Origin: a virus
Lineage: Duplodnaviria > Caudoviricetes
Strand: one strand, 5' to 3'
DNA: 60,103 bases
Virus record (IMG/VR): IMGVR_UViG_3300027573_000033
Location: 1-60,103 of that record
The notes beneath the pieces were generated by a model. It was not told the DNA's origin. It saw only the letters and a program-made list of their open reading frames with translations, and searched no databases. The position numbers and the translations under genes are program-made. Shown here one piece after another: positions 40,778 through 50,625 of this stretch (its first letter is position 1; each line of letters starts with the position of its first letter).

Positions 40778-41262
40778 TTCGTGACCTCCCGTACCCAGTC
40801 CTGAAGCTGCTTCAGCTGCTCGGTGTTGATCGTGGCGACGGAGTGGACGGCGAAGGCGGCTTCAAGGACTGCGCGGAGGGCACTTCGAGTGGAGCTCGCA
40901 TCAGATCGGCAGGCGGCGAGGGCAATCTCGCCGTCACTGCCCACTTTTGGAGTGTTCCGCACCCGCTCAGAATCAAGATAAGCAGTCCAGCCGTCACTAG
41001 CCTCACGTATCCAGTTCGCACGATCCGCCTCCGCTTGCTTGCGCACCCGCGCGAGTTCGGCGGTCGCCTTGCTCGCTTGCTCCTCGGCTCGCTTCGCCCG
41101 CGCGTCGCCGTCCTCTTTGATCTGCAGCTGTTGGGCGTTGCACTCAGCGGCGACCTCGATCCAGCCCTGCACCTCGGCCGTGCCCATCTTCAGGCCCGCC
41201 CAGAAGCCGCCGCCCGCAGCGACTGCCGCGATGACCCCGGCGACGATCAGCTGGATCATCAT
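40774..41262 (-). CDS. i-spanin (Rz-like)
   Basis: N-terminal TM followed by coiled coil; C-terminal C...N..QL..LQDW. Confidence 0.75.
   Translation of the reverse strand: MMIQLIVAGVIAAVAAGGGFWAGLKMGTAEVQGWIEVAAECNAQQLQIKEDGDARAKRAEEQASKATAELARVRKQAEADRANWIREASDGWTAYLDSERVRNTPKVGSDGEIALAACRSDASSTRSALRAVLEAAFAVHSVATINTEQLKQLQDWVREVTK
40812..41021 (-). CDS. Embedded o-spanin (Rz1-like lipoprotein)
   Basis: Lipobox LILSG-C and Pro-rich P.PPADLM.AP, in an alternative frame inside the i-spanin. Confidence 0.75.
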   Translation of the reverse strand: MRTGYVRLVTAGLLILILSGCGTLQKWAVTARLPSPPADLMRAPLEVPSAQSLKPPSPSTPSPRSTPSS

Positions 41263-41603
41263 GCCTTGCTGCTCTCGGAGCGGCCCATGCTGTTCTCGCG
41301 TCGCCGCGTCGCCGCCATGTACCCGGCGAGCGAACCGATCAGCACGCCGAACGCGCCGAAGATCAACCCAGCCGCCTGTCCGATGGGCAACGGATCGAAG
41401 CGGCATGGCACGATGCTGGTCAGCGCCTCCGGCCCCTTGGTCAGCGTAGTCTGCGGCTGGCAAGTGCTGTAGTCGTAGACACTCATTCCCATGATGAAAA
41501 TGAGTGACGCGATGGCCGCGACGGCCATCAGCCCGATCACGACATAGGCGATGTCAGGCACTCCTTCGCTGTCGCTCACCGCCTGCCGGAAGAAGCTCAT
41601 CAC
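41259..41603 (-). CDS. Two-TM membrane protein (holin-like)
   Basis: Two hydrophobic helices, charged C-terminus, between endolysin and spanins. Confidence 0.6.
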   Translation of the reverse strand: MMSFFRQAVSDSEGVPDIAYVVIGLMAVAAIASLIFIMGMSVYDYSTCQPQTTLTKGPEALTSIVPCRFDPLPIGQAAGLIFGAFGVLIGSLAGYMAATRRRENSMGRSESSKA

Positions 41604-42109
41604 GCGACCTCCAGTGCGTCAGCGACCGCTGCGTTGATCTGCTCTGTGGAGTACGGCTGCTGCCCATTCTCATGGCGCACAATCGCGGCCACCAGGCGAC
41701 CGAGCATCGCCGGGTCGGTGACGACGTTGATCGTCTCCGTCGGTGATACGCCGACCTCACGCGCGACCGCATTAACGTAGGCCCGCGTATCGTTCTCCGA
41801 CGTTGGCGCCCAGCGGCCGATGATCTCCTCAACGCAGTCGAGCCCGTACTTCAGCCGGTAGGTGATGAGCAGCTTCGCCAGCGCCCGCAGGCCGTAGTGC
41901 GCCGACGAGAAGATCACAAAGTCCACTGGATCGCGCCCGACCTCGCCCTTCCACGGCACCGGGCCGCCACGGATGTTCCCGCCGTTGTTATTCCTCAGTC
42001 CGCGCGGCAGCCGCGCTTGATCGAAGGTCGTCGTCGCGCCCGCCCCGCCGAAGCTGGGCGGCTCCGGCGCGGGCTTCTTACCAAACAGCGCTTTGAACCA
42101 GTCGATCAT
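41600..42109 (-). CDS. Endolysin (PM2 P5-like lysozyme/lytic transglycosylase fold)
   Basis: Start MIDWFK; PRGLRNNN.GNIR, F.....G.RA, II.RWAP..ENDT.AY, HENG. Confidence 0.85.
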   Translation of the reverse strand: MIDWFKALFGKKPAPEPPSFGGAGATTTFDQARLPRGLRNNNGGNIRGGPVPWKGEVGRDPVDFVIFSSAHYGLRALAKLLITYRLKYGLDCVEEIIGRWAPTSENDTRAYVNAVAREVGVSPTETINVVTDPAMLGRLVAAIVRHENGQQPYSTEQINAAVADALEVA

Positions 42110-42285
42110 CCGCGCAGCCGGTAGCCGGTCAGCCCGAACAGTTGCAGAACCAGTATCAGCAGGATGACGACGAACACGACCGACAGGATCGTCTTGCCAG
42201 GTGGCGGCATCGGCACGAAGGTCGTGACCAGATACCAGACCAGACCCAGTACGGCAACAGCGATGACGAATTCGAGCAATCCCAT
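42106..42285 (-). CDS. 59-aa two-TM protein (holin candidate)
   Basis: AGGAGG RBS; MGLLEFVIAVAVLGLVWYLVTTFVPMPPPGKTILSVVFVVILLILVLQLFG... Confidence 0.65.
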   Translation of the reverse strand: MGLLEFVIAVAVLGLVWYLVTTFVPMPPPGKTILSVVFVVILLILVLQLFGLTGYRLRG

Positions 42286-42288
42286 GAT

Positions 42289-42582
42289 CTACCTCCTGTG
42301 GTTCAAAACAGCCTCGCGGTGCAACGCTTCGATCCGCGCCAGCGACTCGCGAATCTCGACCCGGTCGCGGATGTAGACATCCATCCGCACGTACTCTATT
42401 GGCATCCGCTCGCGCACCAGCGCGATAGCCGCGTCCTGTATGGCAGCGTGCGCCTGCATGTCCTTGATGTCCTGCCGCACGTCGTAGACGATCAGCCCAA
42501 CCGTACCCACGACCAGCGACAGTAGCAGGTCGAACGCGATGCGAATCAGCGCGGTGTTGGATGGGGGCTCGTCGGAGGCCAC
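42289..42582 (-). CDS. Single-TM coiled-coil protein of the lysis region
   Basis: TM LLLSLVVGTVGLIVY; P.EYV...Y..D...I...L.RIE. Confidence 0.6.
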   Translation of the reverse strand: MASDEPPSNTALIRIAFDLLLSLVVGTVGLIVYDVRQDIKDMQAHAAIQDAAIALVRERMPIEYVRMDVYIRDRVEIRESLARIEALHREAVLNHRR

Positions 42583-42584
42583 GT

Positions 42585-42995
42585 CTATCGCCCGTTGTTG
42601 AGGCGCTTGATCGCCTCGGAAAGCTGGTACTCCATGACCGACAGCCGGACCGAGTTGACGCGAATCTGGTCACTGTCCTTGGCGTCCGCCGCGATGTGCG
42701 CTGCCAGCACGTAGGCCACCAACGTGAACAGCGCGCCGACCAGCAGCCCCGCGCCCCACATAGCTCCCTTCGCCCCGGCCACGCGTCGGTCGTCATTAGC
42801 GCGATGCAAGTCCACGTCGCGGTCGATGCGGCTCACCGCGTCGGCCAGCTCGCGCAGCGCGTGCATCTGGTCGTCCAAGTGGCCCGACATCTTGCGCATG
42901 ACCAGCAGCATCGCCTTGAGCAAGGGGTCGTCCGCTCGTTCGATCAGTTCGTCGAGCTGATCGTTGTGGTGCGTTTCGTCGCGCACGGGCGTCAC
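42585..42995 (-). CDS. Coiled-coil plus single-TM protein of the lysis region
   Basis: GAMWGAGLLVGALFTLVAYVLA TM; GGAGG RBS. Confidence 0.6.
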   Translation of the reverse strand: MTPVRDETHHNDQLDELIERADDPLLKAMLLVMRKMSGHLDDQMHALRELADAVSRIDRDVDLHRANDDRRVAGAKGAMWGAGLLVGALFTLVAYVLAAHIAADAKDSDQIRVNSVRLSVMEYQLSEAIKRLNNGR

Positions 42996-43813
42996 ACCTC
43001 CTCCAGTACCACGCGCTTCTTGTGGACGCTGATCCCGTACAGTGTGGGGTCAAGGTCGGCAAACACGCAATTTAACGAATAATCGCGCTCCCTGCGCCCG
43101 GTCAGGGACGGAAACGCCGATACGACCATGTCGCGATCGCGCCCGCACACGCCCTCCAGGTCGACCCACGTCTGCCGTTCGGCCTCGGACATGAACGTGA
43201 AGTCGAGCATCAGCCGGCGCCACTTGCCGCCCGCCGCGGTGCGCAGGCTGCCACCCCGGCTGCGACTCTGCTCGGCGTCGTCGACCCACGTTAGCCCCAT
43301 GTCAACGTCCATATTGGTCGTGACCTCGAAGTACCTGCCCAGCCAGATGCGCGACGCCTGCCAGTAGGCGTCGGCCGGCGTGCCGCCTGTGGTGATCCTG
43401 AAGCTCTTCGCCGTCGTCGCCTCAGTGAAGAACAGCACGTATGGCGCGTCGGCGATGAGCGGATCGACGCCCGTCACGTTGCCCCAATCGTGTGAACCGG
43501 CCGGCGTGCTCGATACGGTGAGCGCCGTCGAGTCGTAGACCTGCGTCGTCCAGTCGTTGCCGGAGAACAGCTGCAGGCGGACCGTACCGCCGCGGAAGTT
43601 GTGGCGGAACACCGCGAACACGTTGCACTTGCGCACGACGTTGTTCCAGTTGCCCTGGATGGTCTGCGCGGCGGTCGACGTGGAGCGCCAGAACATCCCG
43701 CGCGGCGTGATCTGCGCGTTCTCGATCTCCATCGTCGTCGATGCCTCCGACGTGACGGTGAGGTTCACCGCTTCGTCGAACCAGTTCCTCGGCACGATGC
43801 GCAGGTTGGCCAT
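42992..43813 (-). CDS. Distal tail protein
   Basis: Second gene after the tape measure; WRS, HN, R.WLG.YF, D.....RSRGGSL. Confidence 0.65.
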   Translation of the reverse strand: MANLRIVPRNWFDEAVNLTVTSEASTTMEIENAQITPRGMFWRSTSTAAQTIQGNWNNVVRKCNVFAVFRHNFRGGTVRLQLFSGNDWTTQVYDSTALTVSSTPAGSHDWGNVTGVDPLIADAPYVLFFTEATTAKSFRITTGGTPADAYWQASRIWLGRYFEVTTNMDVDMGLTWVDDAEQSRSRGGSLRTAAGGKWRRLMLDFTFMSEAERQTWVDLEGVCGRDRDMVVSAFPSLTGRRERDYSLNCVFADLDPTLYGISVHKKRVVLEEV

Positions 43814-45754
43814 TTAGGTCGGCGCCTCCATCTCCGCCCACGACACGTCGACAGAAAACGCCGGATGGATCGGCACCCGCTTGCGGATCAGCGTCAGCGT
43901 CATCCGCGACTCGGACAGCGCCACGTCGATGCCGATGACCTGCGCGGTGACGTTGATGAGCCCCAGCACGCCGATGTCTAGCCCGACCACGTCGCCCAGT
44001 TCCAGCAGGTAGTAACCGAGGTGCGTCTGCAGCGTGATGATCTCGTTGTGCGGTGACCACTTGCTCCGCGCACGGGCCAGCCAGAAACCCGCCGCCTGCC
44101 CGCCTCTCAGCAGCGTGTCGACCTGATCGCTCTCGGTGATCGTCTTGTGATACCGACTCGGCGCCGTGGTGTAGGACGTGCCGCTCTCGGCCGTCCCCAC
44201 CGCGACGCGCCCCGGCGACGAGGCGTAGGCGATGTACCAAGCCTCTACCGCATCGGCGAAGTCCGACTGCTGCGGCGTCCAGTTCTTGTCGTAGAGGCAG
44301 CTGAAGCGCGAGTACTTCGGCGGCTGGCGGTCGAGCGTGACTGACCGGCGCGCCACGTCGTCGTCACTGATGGCGTAGGTCGGCGTGTCGAAGTCGGTGC
44401 TTCCGTTAGGCAGCACGCGCCCGTACTGGAAGAAGCCGGTGCGGGTATTAGACCAGAAGCCGTGAATGCAGCTGACCAGCTCATCGCACAGGTCCATCGC
44501 GTTGGTCGGCTCGCTGATGACCAGACCGACGGCCGGATCGCCGCCGTCGAGCGGCTCGCTCTCGGCCGACAGGTTTTGCGCGGATGGGTGCGCGACGAAG
44601 GAGCCCGGAGGAAACGCCGCTTCGACGTTGACGAAGTGTTCTAGGACCGACGTGAAGTAGTGACGGGTCAGCGGCTGGGTGTGACCCGCCGACGGCGGCC
44701 ATGTGTAGTCGGCCGTGACCACACCCGCCGCCGGGTGCGCGAGGTCGATGCTGCCGTCGTCGTACGGTCGGAAGTTGCACCGGCGGAGTTCCAATATGCC
44801 GCTGTAGGTGCCATTGATGATGTCGATGGGCGAGCCAGTGCGTGTGGTCGACAGCTGGAAATATCCTCCGCCCTCGACTTGCACCGCATTACGCACCCAG
44901 TAGTAGGCGTTGGGAACCAGCGGTGGATTGCAAAATGGGTCGACGCCCGACGCCGTGCGCACCAAGTAGACGACATCCTCAGTGAGGAACGACATCGTCG
45001 TATCGCAGAGGAAGTTATCGGTGTCGGAACTTATAACCGTCCCACCACTGCCTCCCTCACCGGCGGGAAACATAGCGAGCGTCGTCCCAGAGGTACCCTG
45101 CGACCTACCAACCACCAGACCCGCGTCATAGACCTGCACATCAGCCCCGACCAGGTCGCTGCCGATGTAGTAGCGCAGGTTCGCCCGGTCCGATAGGACC
45201 GCTTCGACGCGCTCCGGCCCGCCGAGGATCAGAGGACGCCGGGCGCCCGCCGCCGCCTCGCTGCCACCGATGGCCGCACCAGACACGCGCTTGTCGAGCA
45301 GCGCGCCGTTGTCGCGCAGGGTGATGGTCAGCCGTGTCTCGCTGGCGCGGATCGCGTCCAGCGTGGCGACGAAGATCGTGCGGAAGTCGGCCCGCGCCCA
45401 CCCCACCGCGCCGAGCAGGAATGTCGCCTGATGCCCGTCGATGATGCGGTCGAGCAGGAAGTCGAGCCCGCCGTCGGAGTTGTCCAGCTCCAGCGAGCCG
45501 ACGGTGAAGCGCGCCCGCCCGCCGAGGGACGCGCGGTCGATGGCGCGACTGTAGCCGGGCGCCGCCACGATAGCGTCGCGGTAAGCGGTGCTGCCGGGTG
45601 ACTCCGCACTGCCGGTCGCGTATGGCGCGTCGGAAAAGTACATCGTGCCGATCTGTGGCGCGCCGGACACGTCGTAGGCGTACTGCAGCTCGGCGAGGAG
45701 GACGGACTGCCGTGCGCCGTTTTTCAGCCAGAGGAGGTACTCAGCGTCGGTCAT
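43814..45754 (-). CDS. Tail hub/baseplate protein
   Basis: Directly after the tape measure; G.LELDN.DG.LD, RPL..G, LELGDVV; C-terminal extension VDVSWAEMEAPT. Confidence 0.7.
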   Translation of the reverse strand: MTDAEYLLWLKNGARQSVLLAELQYAYDVSGAPQIGTMYFSDAPYATGSAESPGSTAYRDAIVAAPGYSRAIDRASLGGRARFTVGSLELDNSDGGLDFLLDRIIDGHQATFLLGAVGWARADFRTIFVATLDAIRASETRLTITLRDNGALLDKRVSGAAIGGSEAAAGARRPLILGGPERVEAVLSDRANLRYYIGSDLVGADVQVYDAGLVVGRSQGTSGTTLAMFPAGEGGSGGTVISSDTDNFLCDTTMSFLTEDVVYLVRTASGVDPFCNPPLVPNAYYWVRNAVQVEGGGYFQLSTTRTGSPIDIINGTYSGILELRRCNFRPYDDGSIDLAHPAAGVVTADYTWPPSAGHTQPLTRHYFTSVLEHFVNVEAAFPPGSFVAHPSAQNLSAESEPLDGGDPAVGLVISEPTNAMDLCDELVSCIHGFWSNTRTGFFQYGRVLPNGSTDFDTPTYAISDDDVARRSVTLDRQPPKYSRFSCLYDKNWTPQQSDFADAVEAWYIAYASSPGRVAVGTAESGTSYTTAPSRYHKTITESDQVDTLLRGGQAAGFWLARARSKWSPHNEIITLQTHLGYYLLELGDVVGLDIGVLGLINVTAQVIGIDVALSESRMTLTLIRKRVPIHPAFSVDVSWAEMEAPT

Positions 45755-48700
45755 TTGCGTGGCGCCGCCGCGGCAGCTGTGGTTTCGAGGGCTTGCACTA
45801 TAGTCTCTGGAGAATCACGTGTACCCTTGGCGATGGCACGCAATAGGGCGGCCACCTCGTCGTGCATATTCTGGATGTCCTGCTGTGATGCGATCGGCGA
45901 TTCGCGTGGCATGGCCGCGGCGATCACGGCGTCGTTGGAGTTCGGCTCCGGCCCGCCGGTCTGGGCCGGTGCGGCTAGCGCGGTCAGCGCGCTGACCACC
46001 GACTGCCATATGCGGTTATAGTCGCTAGTGCTGGCGAACATATCACGAGCCACCTTCAGGTAAGCGTCAGCCGCCCCCTGCAGGTCGCGCAGCGCGTCGA
46101 TGTCCCCGCCCTGCGCCCTCCCAAGCAGGTCGAGATAGTCCTTCTGCGCCGCGGCGAGCTTGGCCGACGGCGATAGCGGCGAGATGTCGTCACGCAGCGC
46201 AATGTCCTTGAGGTACTGTCTCAGGGATTCTTTGATCCGCTCAAGCTCGGTCAGCGTATTTTCTACGCCGCCGGAGATGCCCTCTAGGATCTCCTTCCAG
46301 CGATCGTCGAAGGTCTTGAGGATGGCGTCCATGACCGGCTGGTTGCCCGCGAACCTCTTAAGCATGTCATCGCGCCACTTCTCCAGCTCGAACCGCTGCT
46401 CGGCCAGGGCAGGACCGTACTGAGCCGATAGCAGGATGAACTTCGCCAGGTCCCCGGCCGACTTAGTGCTCAGATCCTTCAGCTTATCGATCAGCTCCAT
46501 CAGGCCCTGGTACTCGCCGCTACCGGCCTGCACCGTGCTCAGCTGAGAGGTGAACCAGTCGATCTGCTGAGCGATCATAGTCAGTTTCAACGACAGCTGA
46601 TCGCCCATCGTGCCGCTCATCTGCCCGACCGTATCGTCTATCATAGAGGTGACGCGATCGAACTCCGAGCGCATCGTCTTTCCGATACTGCCCAGGTCGA
46701 CGACGTTGGACAGCGCGTCCGACACCTCGTCTATGGACTCGGCGGCGTCCTGAGCGGTGCCGTTGACCCGGACGAACACGCCGGCCAGCCGCATGAGGGC
46801 CACGTACATATCCCTCTCGGCCGGAATGGTCAGGTTGAGCCCGTTTAAGATTTCCAGGAACCCTGCGTGAGTCTCCGGCACGGCCAGGCCCAGGTCATCG
46901 AAGCCGCTATTCAGGGCCTCTAGGTCCGCCGCGCCGCGCTGGGCGTTCGTGTAGAAGTTATCCAGCAGGAACCCGATCGAGTCGAGGGCCGCGCCCATGC
47001 CGCCGAAGCCCTCGGCCAGGGCGCTCAATACGACCGGATCCACCTCGTTTAGGGCGTACCCGAAGTACTCGAAGGCCTCCGTAGTGGCCGTGATATACTC
47101 GGTCGCCTGCTGTGCGGTGCCGTTCAGGGTGACGAAGGCCGGGGCCAGAGATGTCATCACCTCGTACGTGGCTCGCCCGGCTTCGGTGGTCAGGTTCAGG
47201 CCGCCGAGTAACGCCATGAACTCGGTGTGGGTCTTGGGCACCTCCATGCTTATCCCGGCGAACCCATCGGTCAGCTGCGCCTGGACCGTCGCCAGCTTAT
47301 CGGCGTCCGTCGTGAAGTTCTGTCCGATAAAGGCGAAGCGCTCGGCCATGGCCTGGGCGCCGCCGAACACGTCCACGAACGCCTCCAACTGGGACGCGTC
47401 TAGCGCCTCAAGCTGGGGCTGCAGGCTGATCACGCTCTTGACCGCCGTCTGGAGGGCCGCCCCCATATCCAGCATCTTGGTGATGTCGGCCTCGGTGGCC
47501 TCGGAGACCTTCACGCTGTCGAACAGCGTCGACAGGTACGTGGGCAGGTCCGAGCCCTGGATGGCGGCGAACAGCATTCGCTTAGTCTCGAGGGCGATCC
47601 TGGCGGTGTACTCCGCAGGATCTCTGCCCACGTCGATGTCGGCGGCGTTATACACGACCCTATCGCCGACCATCGCCTGAGCGCTGAGCAGAGTTCCGGC
47701 GTCGCCCTTCGGGTCCACGGCGCCGCCGATGGAGAACTGAGCCGTACCGGCCTTGATGCCCAGGCCGCGAGCCGCCTGGATGTATCCGGTGGCGATACTG
47801 TCTGACACCTTCTGATACTCCGCGTCGGCCGTGCTTAGCGTGAATAGCCGGCCCATATCGCCCTTGTCCACCTGCCCCGTCTTGACATCGGCCCTCGATG
47901 ACGCGGACCCCTCGGTCTTCACACCGCCGCCGGACTTAAAAAGAGACCCTACTAGGGAGCCCAAGGCCGATCCGATCATGGCTCCGATAGGACCCCAGAT
48001 AGACCCAATAGCCCCGCCTATTGTGCCGCCGACCTGCGCGCCGGTCTTGCGCCTCTCGCTTACGAAGGACGATACTAGCGATCCTATGGCGAACCCAGTA
48101 CCGGCACCGGCCGCGGCCTGTCCGAGCTGATCCCCGGTGGAAAAGAACGGCAATCCGCCCTCGGGCGACTGAACCCCACCGCCCCACTGGTTGTTAGACA
48201 GACTAAACCCGGCCCCGAACGGGTTGCTGAACCCGCCAACCATCTTCGACAGTCCGCCGAACAGCCCGGCGCCGCCCCCAACACCGCCACCGCCGCCGGC
48301 GAAGGCCGAGCCGGACCCGCCGAAGATGCCGCCGATAATGGCTTTGATGGCCGGCTGCATGATGTTCGTCTTGAACATGTTCAGCAGCACGTCTCGGAAG
48401 TTCTTGGCGAAACTCTTGCCGTCCTCGAACCCCCTCATCAGGGCGTCGGATATGGTGTCGGAGATGGAGTCGCCCATCTTCTCGAATTCGGTGGCCGTCT
48501 TCTTTAGCCCGTCGCCCGTCGCCTTAGACAGGTTATCCGCCCACTGCAATTCGATGTTACTCGTATTCAGTGCACGAAGATCCTTCTTGTTCTGGATAAG
48601 TTCCTTAAGCTTCTCTGATTCCTCTGTACACGCCAGGGCGCTCTGCTTTGTAGCCAGCGTAGCCTCAAGAGTGGCGATCTCTGCGTCGATACGGGCGTTC

Positions 48701-50625
48701 TCCAGGATCTTGAGATTGATGGCCGTCTGTCCGATGGCCTCATTCTCCTCCTTCTGCTTCCTGACGGCCTCCGCGCTCGTTTCAATCTTCTTGTCAAGAG
48801 ACTTGATCTCGTCCTCATAGGCCTTCTGGAGATACGTCTCCAGCTCCGCCGCCACACGATTAGCATTGTTGAGGTATATCTGTGTTTCGAGGAGCGCAAA
48901 CATCTTCTTGCGCATATCCTCCCTGGCGATGGTGGATACGGCCATAGAGGCCGCGTACAGGTCTTCGACCATCCTATTCTCGGTCACCTGCACGCCCTGC
49001 TTTTTCAGGACCTCCATCAGCTTGACGGCGTCCGCGTACTGAGCCTTCTGAGCGCGATTAAAGTCGTCGTACGCCTTGGCGGCGGCCTTAGCGGATGTCT
49101 CGGCCTCCTTGTTAGCCTGCGCGGCGACCGTGCCGTACTCCTTGTTCAGCGAGATCAGGGCCGTAAGGATCTGTGTCTTACGAGCCATCGTGATATCGCG
49201 ATCAGACAGCTCGGCCTTGAGCTCGGACTTGGTGATGTCCAGATCACGGAGCCGCTCGGTGGCCGTTATCTCCTTGGTCTTGATGGAGACGTTGCGCTCT
49301 GAGTCCTGGTACGCTTGCACCGCCGCGTTATGCGCCTTGTTGGAGGCGTCTATGGCCATATTCTCGGCGGCCATGCGAGCGAGGATCTTATCCCTGGCAT
49401 CGTCATTAGACACGCCGTACTTGACGCTAGCGCTGGTCAGCTTCTCCTGACCGGCCGCCCAATCGGCGAACGTCATCTCGCCCCTAAACACCTTAACCAG
49501 CGCGAATAGCTGCTTGATGGCGAGTAGCGGCCCCTCGAATACGAACATAAAGGCGTCTTTGACCGGCCTAAGGGCGTCCACAAGGAAGTTGAACGCCGAC
49601 ACCAGGGCGCCGACCATCGTCACTAGGGCGGAAAGCACCTCGTATAGGGCCGTAAAGAACGACTCTATGTCCTCGGCCGTTAGGTTCTTGAGGAACTCCT
49701 CGACGTACCCGAACAGCCTCGACAGTATGGTGCTAAGCTGGACGGCCACCCCGCTCTGATTGCTCATGATCTCCGTCATGGTGCGAATCAGGCTCGACGC
49801 CGCCTCGATCGCCCCGGACTCGGACAGTACGATCAGGAACTTGTCGAACGTGTTGATGAGCTTGTTCCACTCCGCTCGCAGGTTCGTGGACGCCACCACG
49901 GCCGCGTCATGGAACCGCTCGCCGATGATCTTGGAGAACTTCGGCAGGAAGTCCTCGGTCAGCAGCTTTCCGGCCCGGATCATCTTCTCCAGGCCGTCGA
50001 CCGTCGTGCCCATGGCCTCGGCGGCCATCTGCATGGTGCCCGGGAACCGCTCGGCGAGCTGCTTGCGCAGCTCCTCCATAGACACCCGGCCCTTGCTCAC
50101 CATCTGCTGGAGGGCGAAGAACACCAGCGTGAGATCCTGTGTGCTGAGGTGCATCGCCACGCCGGCCTTCGTAATGGACTCAAAAATATCGCGAATTCCC
50201 TGACCCTGCAGGGTGGTGCCCATCGCCGCGGCGGACAGCTTGGCGTACGAGTTGGTGAGGGCCTCGATGTTGGCGCCCCACTTATTGGCGATACTGAACA
50301 GGTAGTCCAGCTCCTCGCGAGCCTGGCGCACGCTGCCGGTGACCACAGACATCGTGGACACGAATCCCTGAACACGATCGGTGATATTGAAGACGGTCTT
50401 ACCGGCCTCGATTATCGCCGTCAGGGAGATGACCGTCTTTAGCATGCTCCCAATGCCCTCGTGGGAGGATGCCATCTTCTTCAGTGACTCGGTGATCGAG
50501 TCTACGGACTTGGAGGCCTTGTCGCCGGCATGGGTGATACCCTCCAGATTCTCGATAACGACTCGAGATCCAGAAGCGGCCTCCTTACCGTCTACTACTA
50601 CTCGGAGTTTCGCCTCTTGAGTCAC
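45751..50625 (-). CDS. Tail tape measure protein
   Basis: 1624 aa; tape-measure N-terminal motif AL.QM.SKG.VSMEELR.QLAER.PG; helical and Gly-rich segments. Confidence 0.92.
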   Translation of the reverse strand: MTQEAKLRVVVDGKEAASGSRVVIENLEGITHAGDKASKSVDSITESLKKMASSHEGIGSMLKTVISLTAIIEAGKTVFNITDRVQGFVSTMSVVTGSVRQAREELDYLFSIANKWGANIEALTNSYAKLSAAAMGTTLQGQGIRDIFESITKAGVAMHLSTQDLTLVFFALQQMVSKGRVSMEELRKQLAERFPGTMQMAAEAMGTTVDGLEKMIRAGKLLTEDFLPKFSKIIGERFHDAAVVASTNLRAEWNKLINTFDKFLIVLSESGAIEAASSLIRTMTEIMSNQSGVAVQLSTILSRLFGYVEEFLKNLTAEDIESFFTALYEVLSALVTMVGALVSAFNFLVDALRPVKDAFMFVFEGPLLAIKQLFALVKVFRGEMTFADWAAGQEKLTSASVKYGVSNDDARDKILARMAAENMAIDASNKAHNAAVQAYQDSERNVSIKTKEITATERLRDLDITKSELKAELSDRDITMARKTQILTALISLNKEYGTVAAQANKEAETSAKAAAKAYDDFNRAQKAQYADAVKLMEVLKKQGVQVTENRMVEDLYAASMAVSTIAREDMRKKMFALLETQIYLNNANRVAAELETYLQKAYEDEIKSLDKKIETSAEAVRKQKEENEAIGQTAINLKILENARIDAEIATLEATLATKQSALACTEESEKLKELIQNKKDLRALNTSNIELQWADNLSKATGDGLKKTATEFEKMGDSISDTISDALMRGFEDGKSFAKNFRDVLLNMFKTNIMQPAIKAIIGGIFGGSGSAFAGGGGGVGGGAGLFGGLSKMVGGFSNPFGAGFSLSNNQWGGGVQSPEGGLPFFSTGDQLGQAAAGAGTGFAIGSLVSSFVSERRKTGAQVGGTIGGAIGSIWGPIGAMIGSALGSLVGSLFKSGGGVKTEGSASSRADVKTGQVDKGDMGRLFTLSTADAEYQKVSDSIATGYIQAARGLGIKAGTAQFSIGGAVDPKGDAGTLLSAQAMVGDRVVYNAADIDVGRDPAEYTARIALETKRMLFAAIQGSDLPTYLSTLFDSVKVSEATEADITKMLDMGAALQTAVKSVISLQPQLEALDASQLEAFVDVFGGAQAMAERFAFIGQNFTTDADKLATVQAQLTDGFAGISMEVPKTHTEFMALLGGLNLTTEAGRATYEVMTSLAPAFVTLNGTAQQATEYITATTEAFEYFGYALNEVDPVVLSALAEGFGGMGAALDSIGFLLDNFYTNAQRGAADLEALNSGFDDLGLAVPETHAGFLEILNGLNLTIPAERDMYVALMRLAGVFVRVNGTAQDAAESIDEVSDALSNVVDLGSIGKTMRSEFDRVTSMIDDTVGQMSGTMGDQLSLKLTMIAQQIDWFTSQLSTVQAGSGEYQGLMELIDKLKDLSTKSAGDLAKFILLSAQYGPALAEQRFELEKWRDDMLKRFAGNQPVMDAILKTFDDRWKEILEGISGGVENTLTELERIKESLRQYLKDIALRDDISPLSPSAKLAAAQKDYLDLLGRAQGGDIDALRDLQGAADAYLKVARDMFASTSDYNRIWQSVVSALTALAAPAQTGGPEPNSNDAVIAAAMPRESPIASQQDIQNMHDEVAALLRAIAKGTRDSPETIVQALETTAAAAAPRK

